A stretch of 64,000 bases of DNA from Azolla caroliniana. Its lineage: Eukaryota; Plantae; Polypodiophyta. The stretch lies in assembly GCA_043228905.1 (NCBI GenBank), contig JBHGNT010000004.1, forward strand, positions 9,114,001 to 9,178,000. The letters run 5' to 3'. Shown in pieces: positions 23,946-35,725 of the stretch. The notes beneath the pieces were generated by a model. It was not told the origin of the DNA. It made no database searches and saw only the letters and a list, made by a program, of their open reading frames with translations. A program made the position numbers and the translations under genes. Numbering within the stretch: the first letter of the stretch is position 1; every line of letters starts with the position of its first letter.

Positions 23946-25981
23946 AAATCCATTCTCACTTGGGACAAGAGTTCCCTCTTGTTCCTTTCGTGATTTGCCG
24001 GCACCGTTAGGAATTGGACGGATTTCCCTCCGTTTTGGCTCCGAATTCGCGCAAAAGCCGCACCACTATCGAGCACCTTCGTCTCCATCCGTGAAGCCGT
24101 GATAAAGGGTTGGCCGAGGATGACAGAATGTGAAACCTCATCCTGCACAAAGAAATTTTGGTCAATTTCGACATCCCCGATCTTTACCGTCACATCCGGA
24201 CAAGCCGCAAATAGGTCTTCTGTCGTTTTCGTGGCTGCCCGAATCTTCCATCCATGGTTGGTGTTTATAGGCCACTTCCCCTTTCGGTAGAACTCCTTGG
24301 ACATCAAGTTGATCTCCGATCCGTGATCAATCAATGCTAGCACGGGTTCTTTGATGTTGCCGATTCGGACCGGAGTCTCCGTAGTCGCACGTGCCCAGTG
24401 TGGCCTTGTATAGTGGGAGTTCGGAATTTCGCCTTCCACTTCGGTGTCGTTCATTGAAACGGTATTTGCATTCACCCTTGGAGCATTTTCCTCCGTACTT
24501 TGTCTCTTCCTTTTTACGAGATCCACGAGAAGATCGTGAAACTCCTTCTTCGCTATTCCGAGTAGTTCCCGCAGCGAAAAATCTACCCGGCTATCCAAGA
24601 TTCTTTCCTCGAACACTCTTTTCAAGTCGGTTTGTTGTTCTATGTCCGAGGCGAGCTTGAATGCCGGAGTCGCCTTTTCTTTTCCCTTACCTCCGGAGTT
24701 CCAGCTTTCCGGTATCTTCGATGGTCTGGCCGCATCCTCCGTGCGCCGTCGTTTCTCGTCCACATACACCTCATGTAATTGACACAGGGCGTATATGCTA
24801 TTCTTGTCGACAGGGCACTCCCATCCCGTAGCTTCCCGGACGCCTTCCGCGGTGTTTCGGATATCGTTGGAGTCGGTTTTCTCGGTGTTTCCTAGCACCT
24901 CCGGCCAGAAAGACGCCTTCGCTCCCGATGACTCCCCGACACATATTCCCGCGGTTGTCGCATAGTTGCTTCTTGCCGCTAACTCCTCCTCGAGCACCTT
25001 CTTCATGCCGCCTTTCCGGAAGTTCGGTTGGAGTGGCTTCCGAGAGTCCATCGAATGAATCCGGTTTCCCTCGTAGTAGATGAGATCCCGTCGTAGCGCC
25101 TCCTTATGGTCGTCGCAATCCCTCCGATCGTGTTCGGCGCTATCGCACCATATGCACCGTCGATCCGTATATTTGGAGCTTGTGGGGCGGTCATCCGACT
25201 TCTTCACCATCGCGATCTTTAGATTCTCCATCTCCTTCAGCAGCTGCTCCACCGTAGACGCGTCGACTCCCTTCTCGGCCGTAATCTCCCGAGCCCTCGG
25301 TTGATGGTCTTCCAATCCCGTTCTCGGTTTCGGAATCGGTTCCGAAACCCTCTTTTCTTCGTTGGCAAGCCATTGCCCCCTCTTCGTGTACCGCGCGACG
25401 ATATCCCGCACGCTTTCCCATGTTTCGGTGAGGCCGCTTTCGGTGGTCGTGTCCTCAAGAAGCACTCCGAGATCTTTCCGGTCCCGGACGTCCACAGCTC
25501 GCAAAAACATGATGACTTTGTCCGGTGCAAGAATAGTTTGATCTCTCGCGGACAACCTCCCGAACCGACTTTCGAATGCCGAAAACACTTCGAGGACCTT
25601 CAGCCCCTTACCTGACGTTTCCACCCAATCCTCGAATCCCCTCCGCGTTGCCTTGGAGGAGTCCTCGATGGCAAACGTGGTCTTTAACGCCTCTTCGAAT
25701 GCTTCCCACGTCAGATTTTGTTGTTGCAACCCGTGGATACTCCCTTGAAGCCCGTCGGTCGCCACCCGGTTAAAGGATGTCACTTGCAGTCCTTCCGAAG
25801 CCCGGCACCGGAGCATCTCCGCCTTGTAGTCCTGCAAATATCGCGACACATCCTTACCATTAAATTGCCCGTTGCGTTGCACGAGCCGCTCTACTGATGC
25901 CGAAATCTCCGACATCGTGCGTTGTTCTTGAAGCATTCGTTCGAACATCGCCATCATATTGTTAGCTTGTTGAGCCTCCAT
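23942..25981 (-). CDS. gypsy C Gag-protease
   Basis: First ATG after the PBS at 25981; CIWCDSAEHDRRDC knuckle; LIDHGSEINLM protease; ends ...MDF*. Confidence 0.88.
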   Translation of the reverse strand: MEAQQANNMMAMFERMLQEQRTMSEISASVERLVQRNGQFNGKDVSRYLQDYKAEMLRCRASEGLQVTSFNRVATDGLQGSIHGLQQQNLTWEAFEEALKTTFAIEDSSKATRRGFEDWVETSGKGLKVLEVFSAFESRFGRLSARDQTILAPDKVIMFLRAVDVRDRKDLGVLLEDTTTESGLTETWESVRDIVARYTKRGQWLANEEKRVSEPIPKPRTGLEDHQPRAREITAEKGVDASTVEQLLKEMENLKIAMVKKSDDRPTSSKYTDRRCIWCDSAEHDRRDCDDHKEALRRDLIYYEGNRIHSMDSRKPLQPNFRKGGMKKVLEEELAARSNYATTAGICVGESSGAKASFWPEVLGNTEKTDSNDIRNTAEGVREATGWECPVDKNSIYALCQLHEVYVDEKRRRTEDAARPSKIPESWNSGGKGKEKATPAFKLASDIEQQTDLKRVFEERILDSRVDFSLRELLGIAKKEFHDLLVDLVKRKRQSTEENAPRVNANTVSMNDTEVEGEIPNSHYTRPHWARATTETPVRIGNIKEPVLALIDHGSEINLMSKEFYRKGKWPINTNHGWKIRAATKTTEDLFAACPDVTVKIGDVEIDQNFFVQDEVSHSVILGQPFITASRMETKVLDSGAAFARIRSQNGGKSVQFLTVPANHERNKRELLSQVRMDF

Positions 25982-27394
25982 CTCCTTGCCACCCGTCTTC
26001 ACGTCGGGTTCACCAACTGTGTCGTGCCTTTCGGCTCCGGATCGTTGCGTGAGTCGGGTGGGAACCACAGAGGTCTTGGACTAGGAGAAAGAAGTTCGTG
26101 AGATAGAGATTAATTATGAGTAAATAGCAAAGAGAAAGATAAGAAACTCGTGAATCACACGAGTATACTATATTAATTGGTACTTAGGGTGTTAAGAGAG
26201 AAGTAGACGTATAAATCGTGAATCCCACGAATAATTTTTGTATTGATTAATTCTTAATCCAAATAATCAACAACCCTTTACATATTTCTCTCCTCCTTAT
26301 ATAAGGAAGGAAGAGCTAAGCATGGCTTCATGTTTTTTTTTTTTTTTTTTACAAAAAGTGTTCATGTCCACTAAATGTGCATGTGATGCTTTTTTATTTC
26401 CTAAGTATAGGGCTCATGCACGCTAGATGTGCATGAGTTATTTTTAGTGTCTCGTCTTTTTCATATATTAAAAAATACACGATTTACCTTTTAATAAAGG
26501 TATGCATAAATAAAGGTCTTATGCGTATTAAATCTATATTTAAAGCACTTAAGATAAGTTAATGTAATGGTAAGGTTGGGGTTTGTCAACGTGGAGGTGC
26601 AGAGTTCGAATCACGCCCTGCGCAGTAGTGAGTATTTCCTTTCTTTTTACATTTATGTCTCTTTATCAGGCTCTTCCTTGCCGGTATGCCGTTTTCTTCC
26701 TTGCCGGTATGCCGTTTTCTTCCGGTTCTCACCGAGCACTCCATTCTCTATCCGGAGGGACAAAAATATAATTTCCACATAGTGTGCAACCTACACTACG
26801 ACAACGGTCCCTTCGGATGGGATGGTCGGATATCGGAGATGAATGCCGACAAGCCCGGTTTCGGTTTCGGAACCGGATGATGAAGACCCCGGCTTCGGAG
26901 CCGGATGACGAATGTACCCGGAGCGAGATCCGGATGCAGGGACATATCTGTGAATATGTTTGCCAAGGGCCCTTGAGGCTATAGTTGTAAATAGCCCCAA
27001 AGTCATATGTGTATAAATATGACTTAGGGCAAACAGTTTTGATGTTGCTACTCATTTTTCTGTTTTTCCACTCAAGAGGAGTGAAGAGAGAGCAGCCGTG
27101 AGAGAGATAGAGCGTGAGAGAGGAGGAGGTCGACGCCTCTGTGTATTTCCGCCGCCTGTGGCGAGGACAACGAGCTCAAGGTCGTCGCCTTGCAGCTCGC
27201 CATTGTATATTTCTCTGTGCATAGTTTTGGTTGGAGTCTTGTACTCCCGTGGTTTTTCCCGTCTAGGGTTTTCCACGTTAATCCCTGTGTATTCGTGTTC
27301 TTTCTCTGTGGTTCCTATTTTCTGCTGCATTGATTCGTGCTTACTCGGTTGTGGCCGAGTGGTGAAGGTTAATCGGAGCGTCGATTCCTCTACA

Positions 27395-27676
27395 GACTTG
27401 AACACAAACGTGAGTGTGAGTGACCATGCCCGGTCCTGACCGGGAACTAGAACACCAACAAGCATGAGCTACCATGTACGGTCCTCACCAGAGACTGGAA
27501 CACCAATGGATGTGAGCGACCATGTACGGTCCTCACCGAAGACTGGAACACCAACGTGAGCGTGAGCTACCATGTTCGATCCTCACCGAAGACTTGAACA
27601 CCAACGTGAGCGTGAGTGACCATGCCCAGTCCTCACTGGGAACTGGAACACCAACAAACATGAGCGACCATGTACG
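27395..27676 (+). repeat. 48-bp satellite, block 2
   Basis: About six degenerate units between copia B and copia G. Confidence 0.88.
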
Positions 27677-27750
27677 TGTAGGGAATGAACAAGGCCGTCA
27701 GTGCGGAAGAGATCACACAATATGAATCTGTGAGGAAGAAATACATGCGT

Positions 27751-30700
27751 TGTCGTAGTGTATTTTGTACACTACGTGAAAAACGTATATAGTATTAGAT
27801 TCAATAAAAAATGAAGAAATAGAAGAAAATAGCAAAATAAATGGAACATGCATAGGGCAAGATTCGAACCTTGCACCTCCATGTTAATAATGTAATGTCT
27901 TACCATTACACTAGCATTTCATTAGTGTTAAAGCATAGATGTCCCACATAGAAAGGTAAATTCACTCTAGGATAAACATTAGAAAAACGCATAACAAAAG
28001 AAAAAGCTACACATACACATCTAGCGTGCATGATAAAAAACGCACAAGTTAGAAAAAAGCATGATCACTTTAGATAAAGCATATAGTCTATCTATAGGAA
28101 AAGCATGGGGTCTATAGTTAGAGAAAAAGCATGGATTACTAAGACTTCCTCATCACTACATAAGGATGGGGAGCACAATGTAATTGTGTGTGAAAAATAT
28201 TTGGAAACTAGATATGTTTCTAAAAAAACACCAATTAATAAACTATACTCGTGGGATTCACGAGAATTCTATATCATTCTCTTTCAACCGAAGTTTATAT
28301 TCTTATATTCATATTGATTAATCTAATACAATACACTCGTGGGATTCACGAGTTTGCTATAACTCTTTCTTACAACATATTTATATTCTTATTAGCCTTA
28401 AAACTCTCCTCTTCCTAGTCCAAAACCCCAGTGGTTCCCACCCGACTCACGCAAACGATCCGGAGCCGAAAGGCACGACACAGTTGGTGAACCCGACGTG
28501 AAGGCGGGTGGCAAGGAGATGGAGAATCAACAAGAGGCAATGAGCATAACGATGATGATGATGTTCGAGCGGATGCTACAAGAACAACGAGCGATGTCGG
28601 AGATGAAGGCGGCAGTAGAGCAGCTTCTGCGACGAAACGGGGAATTCAACGGTAAGGGTGTGTCACGCTACCTACGTGAATATAAGGCGGAGATGATGCA
28701 ATATCGGATACCGGAAGGATTGCAAGTGATATCCTTTAGTCGGGTGGCCTCGGACGAACTACAAGAGAGAATCCACAAGATACAACAACAAAACTCGACA
28801 TGGGAGTCCTTTGAAGAAGCTTTACGGGAGGCATATGACTATGAGAGATGGACGGGACGAGATCGACGAGAATTCGACGAATGGGTGGCGTCGGAGAAGA
28901 CTCACCGAAGTGCAACGCAAGCGTTCCTAGAGTTCGAGCATCGTTTTGCTCGACTCTCGGAGCGGGAACGAAGATTGGTGGGAGGAGATAAAGTCTTAAT
29001 GTTCGTAAGATCGATCGATCGGAAAGAAAGGATGGACATTGGGATCGAACTCGAAGATGATGACGGTGCGAACGGCCTTACCGAGGATTGGGCTAAAGTC
29101 GAAAGGGTATGCCGAAGACATGATGAAAGGAAGCTGAGAATCTCGTCAACAACGACATGGCCCATGAAGGATGGTCGATTGAGGAAAAACGATGAAGCCA
29201 ATATGAAGGCCGAAATACAACATGATGGTACCACGGGAGAAAGAGTGGAACAAGACACCCACTCGTCTTGTGAAAGAACGATGGCGAAGGATAAGGCCGA
29301 TAATTCAAGTGTAGAAGGAAATTTCGGGATACAAGTGCCCGAGACATCGGGTCAAAAAGGGGTAAGCATAATAGATGTTTGCATAATTGATGCAGATAAA
29401 GAGTGTGAAGCGGATGTGATTAAGGAGGTAGCCACAAAAGACGAAATCGAATCGGAGGTGGCTATGGACGAATCAATGGCGGATTTCCATATCGAGACTT
29501 CCCCACCACTGATTCCAGAGACTCCGGCGGTTGCGATCGAAAGGCAACGTGAGACCGAAGAGACGGAAGGTGGCGGAGAGAAAACGAATGTCGAAGCCGA
29601 CGAATACGATGAAGAGATAGCCGAGAAGAATGCTAAGGGTGAAACTACGAAAGAAGGTAATACCGAGGATTCATGCCAACAATATCTAGAGACTTCGGCG
29701 GTTGTGTCCGAGAACCAACGTGAGACCGGAGAGACAGGAGATGGCGGCGAGGAAGGTAAAGTCGGAAGTCGGTTCGGATGGAAAATGATCCATCCGAAAT
29801 TCCAATCTAAAAGAAAGTGCGACAATGCGGAGGTCGGGTCTACGACGGGAGAAGCGCGTAATACAGAGCACGCTCTACGGCGAATAAAGAAATGCGTGTT
29901 ATGGCGAATAAAGAAGCACGCGCTACGGCGAGAAAAGAAGCATGCATTACAACCACACGAGGACCGAACAACGAGCACATATCGGAGGACCTACGTGGCG
30001 AACAACGGAAAGAAGTGCCGAAAGTCGAACCGGACAAGGCAGGTGAAAACGAAGAAAAGAAAGCAAATCCGGACGAAAAGAAAAGAAAAGAAACCGACCC
30101 GAAAGAGCACTGAATCGGTAAAAACCGATCAACCGAGTCCGGATCGACCGAATACAAATCGGAAAGGAAGCCGAACTAAACGAAAGACGATCCGACGAGA
30201 CCGAATCGGAAGTAAGCTAATCCGACTAAACCGAAAATCCGAAAAGAAGTCGAGATTGATGAAGAAAAGAAAGAGGGCAAGAAAAGATACTACCGCGGAT
30301 GACAAGGACCAAGCGGGCCATGCAAAAAGCGAACATAGAATATGGTGGATCGGATGGCGACAATGGTTCGGGTGGAAAGAATGGGTCTACTCAAAATGGA
30401 GAGACAAAGTTGACATAGCGGGACAAACGGAGGATGAAGGAGGAGACTAACAAACACCAACAACTTCGGCACATACCGGAGGATGTGCGGGTTTGGAGGG
30501 GGTGAGTGTCGTAGTGTATTTTGTACACTACGTGAAAAACGTATATAGTATTAGATTCAATAAAAAATGAAGAAATAGAAGAAAATAGCAAAATAAATGG
30601 AACATGCATAGGGCAAGATTCGAACCTTGCACCTCCATGTTAATAATGTAATGTCTTACCATTACACTAGCATTTCATTAGTGTTAAAGCATAGATGTCC

Positions 30701-31236
30701 CACATAGAAAGGTAAATTCACTCTAGGATAAACATTAGAAAAACGCATAACAAAAGAAAAAGCTACACATACACATCTAGCGTGCATGATAAAAAACGCA
30801 CAAGTTAGAAAAAAGCATGATCACTTTAGATAAAGCATATAGTCTATCTATAGGAAAAGCATGGGGTCTATAGTTAGAGAAAAAGCATGGATTACTAAGA
30901 CTTCCTCATCACTACATAAGGATGGGGAGCACAATGTAATTGTGTGTGAAAAATATTTGGAAACTAGATATGTTTCTAAAAAAACACCAATTAATAAACT
31001 ATACTCGTGGGATTCACGAGAATTCTATATCATTCTCTTTCAACCGAAGTTTATATTCTTATATTCATATTGATTAATCTAATACAATACACTCGTGGGA
31101 TTCACGAGTTTGCTATAACTCTTTCTTACAACATATTTATATTCTTATTAGCCTTAAAACTCTCCTCTTCCTAGTCCAAAACCCCAGTGGTTCCCACCCG
31201 ACTCACGCAAACGATCCGGAGCCGAAAGGCACGACA
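27751..31236 (+). mobile_element. Non-autonomous gag-only LTR element D of the gypsy C family
   Basis: 730-bp LTRs 27751-28480 and 30507-31236 with no difference seen by eye; same Trp PBS, U5 end and pre-PPT sequence as C; TSD GCGT; no pol. Confidence 0.93.
28519..30450 (+). CDS. Gag-derived protein with an acidic middle and a Lys/Arg-rich tail
   Basis: N-terminal ~200 aa align with C Gag (MFERMLQEQR, FNGKxVSRYL, WExFEEAL, GLTExW); no knuckle or protease. Confidence 0.8.
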   Translation: MENQQEAMSITMMMMFERMLQEQRAMSEMKAAVEQLLRRNGEFNGKGVSRYLREYKAEMMQYRIPEGLQVISFSRVASDELQERIHKIQQQNSTWESFEEALREAYDYERWTGRDRREFDEWVASEKTHRSATQAFLEFEHRFARLSERERRLVGGDKVLMFVRSIDRKERMDIGIELEDDDGANGLTEDWAKVERVCRRHDERKLRISSTTTWPMKDGRLRKNDEANMKAEIQHDGTTGERVEQDTHSSCERTMAKDKADNSSVEGNFGIQVPETSGQKGVSIIDVCIIDADKECEADVIKEVATKDEIESEVAMDESMADFHIETSPPLIPETPAVAIERQRETEETEGGGEKTNVEADEYDEEIAEKNAKGETTKEGNTEDSCQQYLETSAVVSENQRETGETGDGGEEGKVGSRFGWKMIHPKFQSKRKCDNAEVGSTTGEARNTEHALRRIKKCVLWRIKKHALRREKKHALQPHEDRTTSTYRRTYVANNGKKCRKSNRTRQVKTKKRKQIRTKRKEKKPTRKSTESVKTDQPSPDRPNTNRKGSRTKRKTIRRDRIGSKLIRLNRKSEKKSRLMKKRKRARKDTTADDKDQAGHAKSEHRIWWIGWRQWFGWKEWVYSKWRDKVDIAGQTEDEGGD

Positions 31237-31265
31237 GCGTATGAGAGAGGCAAGAACAAATTACG

Positions 31266-31307
<42 letters not shown>

Positions 31308-31699
31308 CACAAAGAATATATCTATATTCATAAAGGGGCAACCGTTACAACAATGAACAACCAACCTTTACAGAAGGTTACAAAGTCACTTTATATAGTG
31401 ACTCACTTAGGGCAACTACCCTTTATGTTATTTACAGAAATAGCCCGAACTTGGGCTCTCTAAGAGGATAGTGTGAATACGTCCATTATACATTTGTATT
31501 CGACACTCCCCCGTAATGGGCGTATACATGGGTTATCTAAAAATACAGGTATAGGCATAGGTTCTCGGACAGTTCGGTTTTGTTCGAATCGGCATGATCC
31601 GTAGATAGAAGACCGAACTGGTTGGGTCGGAAAAGCTGAAGCCGATCGTCAGTGAATTCGAAGTCTGTTGTCCGAAACCATCCTGCACTATGTCCGGCT

Positions 31700-34600
31700 T
31701 CAACCGGACCGATATGTTGTTACGCCCATCTGTTGCCGAAGAGATCGGAACTGGTCTGCCGAAAGACACTTGGTCATTCCATCTGCGACATTATCGGTTG
31801 TGGATATCTTCTCTAAACCGATTTTCCCGGAAATGACACAGTCCCGAACGAAGTGATATCGAACTTCGATATGCTTGGAGGCGTTGTGATGAACCGGATT
31901 TTTCGACAAAGCAACAACACTCTGACTGTCGCTGTAGACAACTGGAGCCGAGTCGGAGTCGACTTGCCGAAACGTGTGCACCAGCCGACCGAGCCATAGA
32001 GCTTCTTTCGTTGCGTCGGAGGCAGCTACATATTCTGCTTCGGTCATTGAGTTGGTTGTGCACTCTTGAAGTTTCGACTTCCACGAGATTGCTCCATTGC
32101 CGAATTTAAAGCAATATCCGGTTGTTGACTTGCGACTGTCCACACAGTCGGCGAAGTCCGAGTCGGTGTAACCGGCTGGGCCTGAAGTTGAGTTCGGACC
32201 GAAAAGGATGCCGTGGTCTTTTGTGCCAGCTAAATATCTGAACACATGCTTGACTGCGTTCCAGTGAGATCGGCCGGGATTGTGCATAAATCTGCTGATG
32301 ACTCCTACGGCGTGAGAAATATCAGACCGTGTCGTGACCATCGCGTACATCAGAGAGCCTACTGCCGGTGCATACGGTACCGACTTCATGTCTTCCCCCT
32401 CCGGACTGGATGTTGGGCAGTCTCGCTGAGAAAGCCGAAGATGAATGGGGAGCGGGGTCGAAGCAGACTTGGCCGATTGCATGTTGAAGTGTTCCAAGAC
32501 ACGTCCGATGTAGTCGTTTTGAGACAGAAAAAGTTGTCTTTTGGCGTGATTCCGACTAATCTTCATTCCGAGTATGTGTCTTGCCGGACCGAGGTCCTTC
32601 ATGGCAAACTTCAATCGCAGTTTCCGAACGAGTTCGGTGAGATCTCCGGTATGCCGACCAGAGAGTAGCATGTCGTCCACGTAGATGATGAGGAAGACGG
32701 GAGAACCATCTTGAGCTGTTTTGGTGAAGAGGCAGTGGTCCTCATCGCTCTTGGAGAAGCCGACCGACTGGATGAAATCGTCGAACTTCTTGTACCACTG
32801 TCGGGGTGCCTGTTTCAAGCCATAAAGACTCTTCCTGAGTCAGCAGACTAGATGTTCCTGACCGGTGGCCACAAAGCCTTTCGACTGCTCCATGTAGATT
32901 TCCTCCTTTAGATCACCGTGGAGGAATGCCGTTTTTACATCTAGCTGAATCAGCTCCAAATTGTCGGCGGCCACAACACTGAGCATGAAACGAAGGGTTG
33001 TCATTTTCACCACTGGTGAAAAGATTTCGTCGAAGTCGACGCCATATTCCTGTCGAAATCCCTTCGCAACTAATCTGGCCTTGTACTTTGGGGTGGTCGA
33101 GTCGGACGTCTCCTTTAGTCTATAGACCCACTTGCAAGGAAGAGCACGTCGATTCTTCGGTAAGTCGACCAGATCCCAAGTCTTGTTGGCGCGGATGGAG
33201 TGCATTTCCGACTCCATTGCCAGATGCCAGGTGGTTGAATCGGTAGCTGCCGATGCTTCTTCGTAGGACGTCGGTTCGCCGGCGTCGGTGAAGAAAATTC
33301 CGGGAGAGTACCTCTCCGGAGGTTGCGACAGTCTCTCAGATCTTCGAGGTATGACTGGACTGGTCGCACCGGGTGTCGATGTCGGATGGTCGGAAGCCGA
33401 GCCATTCGGCTGTGCCGAATCTGTGGATTCGGTGCGAGAGAAGTCAGTTACCCGTGAAACCGGTCTCGTGGTGTGTGCTGGGCCGTCATGAAGGGTTGGC
33501 ACTTTGGAAAATATTACCCTTCGGACTTCAATAGGCCTTTCGGCCGTTTTGTGCATAGTCAACTCGTTGAACACGACATCCGGACTTCGGACGATTTGCC
33601 TGTGCTCGGGATCCCAGAGTCGGTATCCGATCTCGCCGTCGGGTCCGTACCCGAGGAAAACGCATTTCCTTGATCTCGGTTCGAGCTTTCGGCGGTCATC
33701 TTTCGGTATGAGGGCGTATGCCTCGCAACCGAAAATCCTCAGCTTATCATAATTCGGCTTTTTGCCGGTCCATATTTCCTGAGGTATCTTAAGTCCTAAA
33801 GGTCTACTTGGCGACATATTTATTATGTGTACTGCCGTGAGTAGAGCCTCTGCCCAGAAGCCATCCGACAGTCCAGAGTGTTGGAGCATGGATACAACGC
33901 GTTCTTGAATCGTCCGATTCATGCGTTCTGCGATTCCGTTCTGCTCCGGACTATATGGTGCCGTATATTCACGTCTAATGCCGCGTTCTCGGCAAAATTT
34001 GACGAATTCATCATATTTGAACTCACCTCCATTGCCGGTTCGGAGACACTTCAGTTTCTGACCGGTCTGGTTTTCGACCATTGCGAGCCAATCTGAGAAG
34101 ATCGAGAACACCCGATCTTTGGTTTTGATGGGGTAAGCCCACACCTTCCGAGTCGAGTCGTCAATGAAACTAACAAAGTACCAGGCACCACCGAGTGACT
34201 AATGTGGCATCGGGCCACAGACGTCCGAGTGGACCAAATCGAGCGGGCTCGACTCTCTTGGTGCTGATGTCGGGTGTGATGCAGCTACCTGTTTGCCGTA
34301 TTGGCAATGCTCCCAAAACTGATGATCCGAGAAGGAGAGTTTCGGGATGTATCCGGCTCTGGATAAGTGCGTGATGCCGGTCTTGCTGAGGTGTCCAAGT
34401 CGTCCATGCCATAAGGATGACACAAGGATATCTACCAGAAATAAGTCACCCTCTCTGAGTGTGACATACAAAGGGTACAATGAGTGTACCTTTGGTCCTC
34501 TAGCAAGTAGGAGGTTCCCTCTGTGGAGTGTCCACCCTCCTGATGAGAAACCAGCACGGATGCCAGCTTCATCAAGTTGTCTGACTGAGATCAAGGGTCG

Positions 34601-35725
34601 TGAGAGCTCAGGAACGTGTCGGACATTGCGTAGTACGAGTGTAGAGCCACCCGGAAGGTTGAGCTCTACGGTGCCGATTCCGATGATAGCACAGTGCTGC
34701 GAATTTCCGACTTGAACTGAGTCGAAGTGCCGGTCTGAATATTGCCGAAACTGTGATCGGTGAGGTGTCACGTGATATGATGCGCCCGAGTCCAGAAGCC
34801 ATGTGCTCGATTCCTCAGTCGTAAGCAGTACTTCTGATTCGATTGGATTCTTTATGGACAATATGTTCGGGTCGGTCGTCAATATCTCGGCTGAAGAGCC
34901 GACGTAGTTGACTTCCTCATGTCGGTTACTCCTCTGATCAGCTCTCTGAGCTTTATCTGTCTTTGACTTGAGTACCCGACAATCGGCCTTGATGTGTCAC
35001 GGTTTCTTGCAGTAGTTGCAGATTCGGGTTTCCCGGGACTTGCTGCGGCTTCGCTGATTTGTCAGCAGTCGGGAAGAACTTCTTCCCCGGTTGTTCGATC
35101 GGTCGGTCGAACCTTGTACTACATAGGCTTCTTCTGCCGAGTCTTTGGTGAAAGACTTTCTCCGAGCTGCTTCAGTCAGGATTGCACTTGTGACTTCGGA
35201 GTACTTGATGGCAGTCGTAGAAGCGTTGCACACAGTTGTAACGAAGGTTTCCCAAGAGGAGGGGAGACTGCTCATGAGTATCATTGCTCTGAGTTCATCC
35301 TCGATTGTCGTCCCCTGTGACGAGATTTGGGAGCTCAAACTTTCGTACTCGTTAAGGTGTGCCTGAACCGAATCAGAGTCTTTCATCCGCAAGTTGTAGA
35401 GGCGCCGGATCAAATACATCTTCGTTGAGGCGACCTTCTTTTCATAGGTTTCTGACAGCTTATTCCAAAGTTCGAAGGCTGTCGTGCACGATTGCACTGT
35501 GAAGTACACTGACTCCGACAGGTGCATCTGAATCGTGGCGCTGACGATTCTGTCCTGCTTCTGCCACTCATTTGCCTTGTATATTTCTAGAGCAGTTTCA
35601 TTCTCAATCGAATCGATTTGACCCTTGACTATAAGATAGTACTGCATTTGCTCCTTCCAAAAATTGAAGTTCGAACCGTCGAACCTCCTTAGACTCATTT
35701 CCGGTGAGCCGGATGTTGATGCCAT
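31700..35725 (-). pseudogene. copia G full-length polyprotein with three in-frame stops
   Basis: ORFs 34997-35725, 34199-34882, 32840-34144 and 31700-32818 share one frame; WLLDSGASYH, LWHGRLGH, QLDVKTAFLHG, YVDDML, YTDSD, KHIEVRYHF. Confidence 0.92.

Larger units (their letters stand above)
19547..26803 (-). mobile_element. Near-intact Ty3/gypsy element C (non-chromovirus, tRNA-Trp primed)
   Basis: LTRs 19547-20353 and 26020-26803 differ by a few substitutions and one 23-bp repeat unit; PBS TGGTGAACCCGACGTGA 25999-26015; PPT GGAGGGGGCGAG; 4-bp TSD ACGG. Confidence 0.96.
15457..27394 (+). mobile_element. Ty1/copia element B, internally deleted, with gypsy C nested in its 3' LTR
   Basis: 5' LTR 15457-16057; PBS TGGTATCAGAGC 16061-16072; PPT GAAGGGGGAG 19521-19530; 3' LTR 19533-19546 plus 26808-27394; TSD GACTT on both sides. 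Confidence 0.96.

Noticed and set aside
25982-26068. N-terminal extension of the Gag ORF of C (likewise the GTG start of D at 28498)
   Set aside because: It starts within the LTR/PBS at a non-ATG codon; the first ATG after the PBS is more plausible.
26552-26620. Functional tRNA gene
   Set aside because: A/B boxes are present but I could not build a convincing cloverleaf or acceptor stem; reported as a tRNA-like cassette only.
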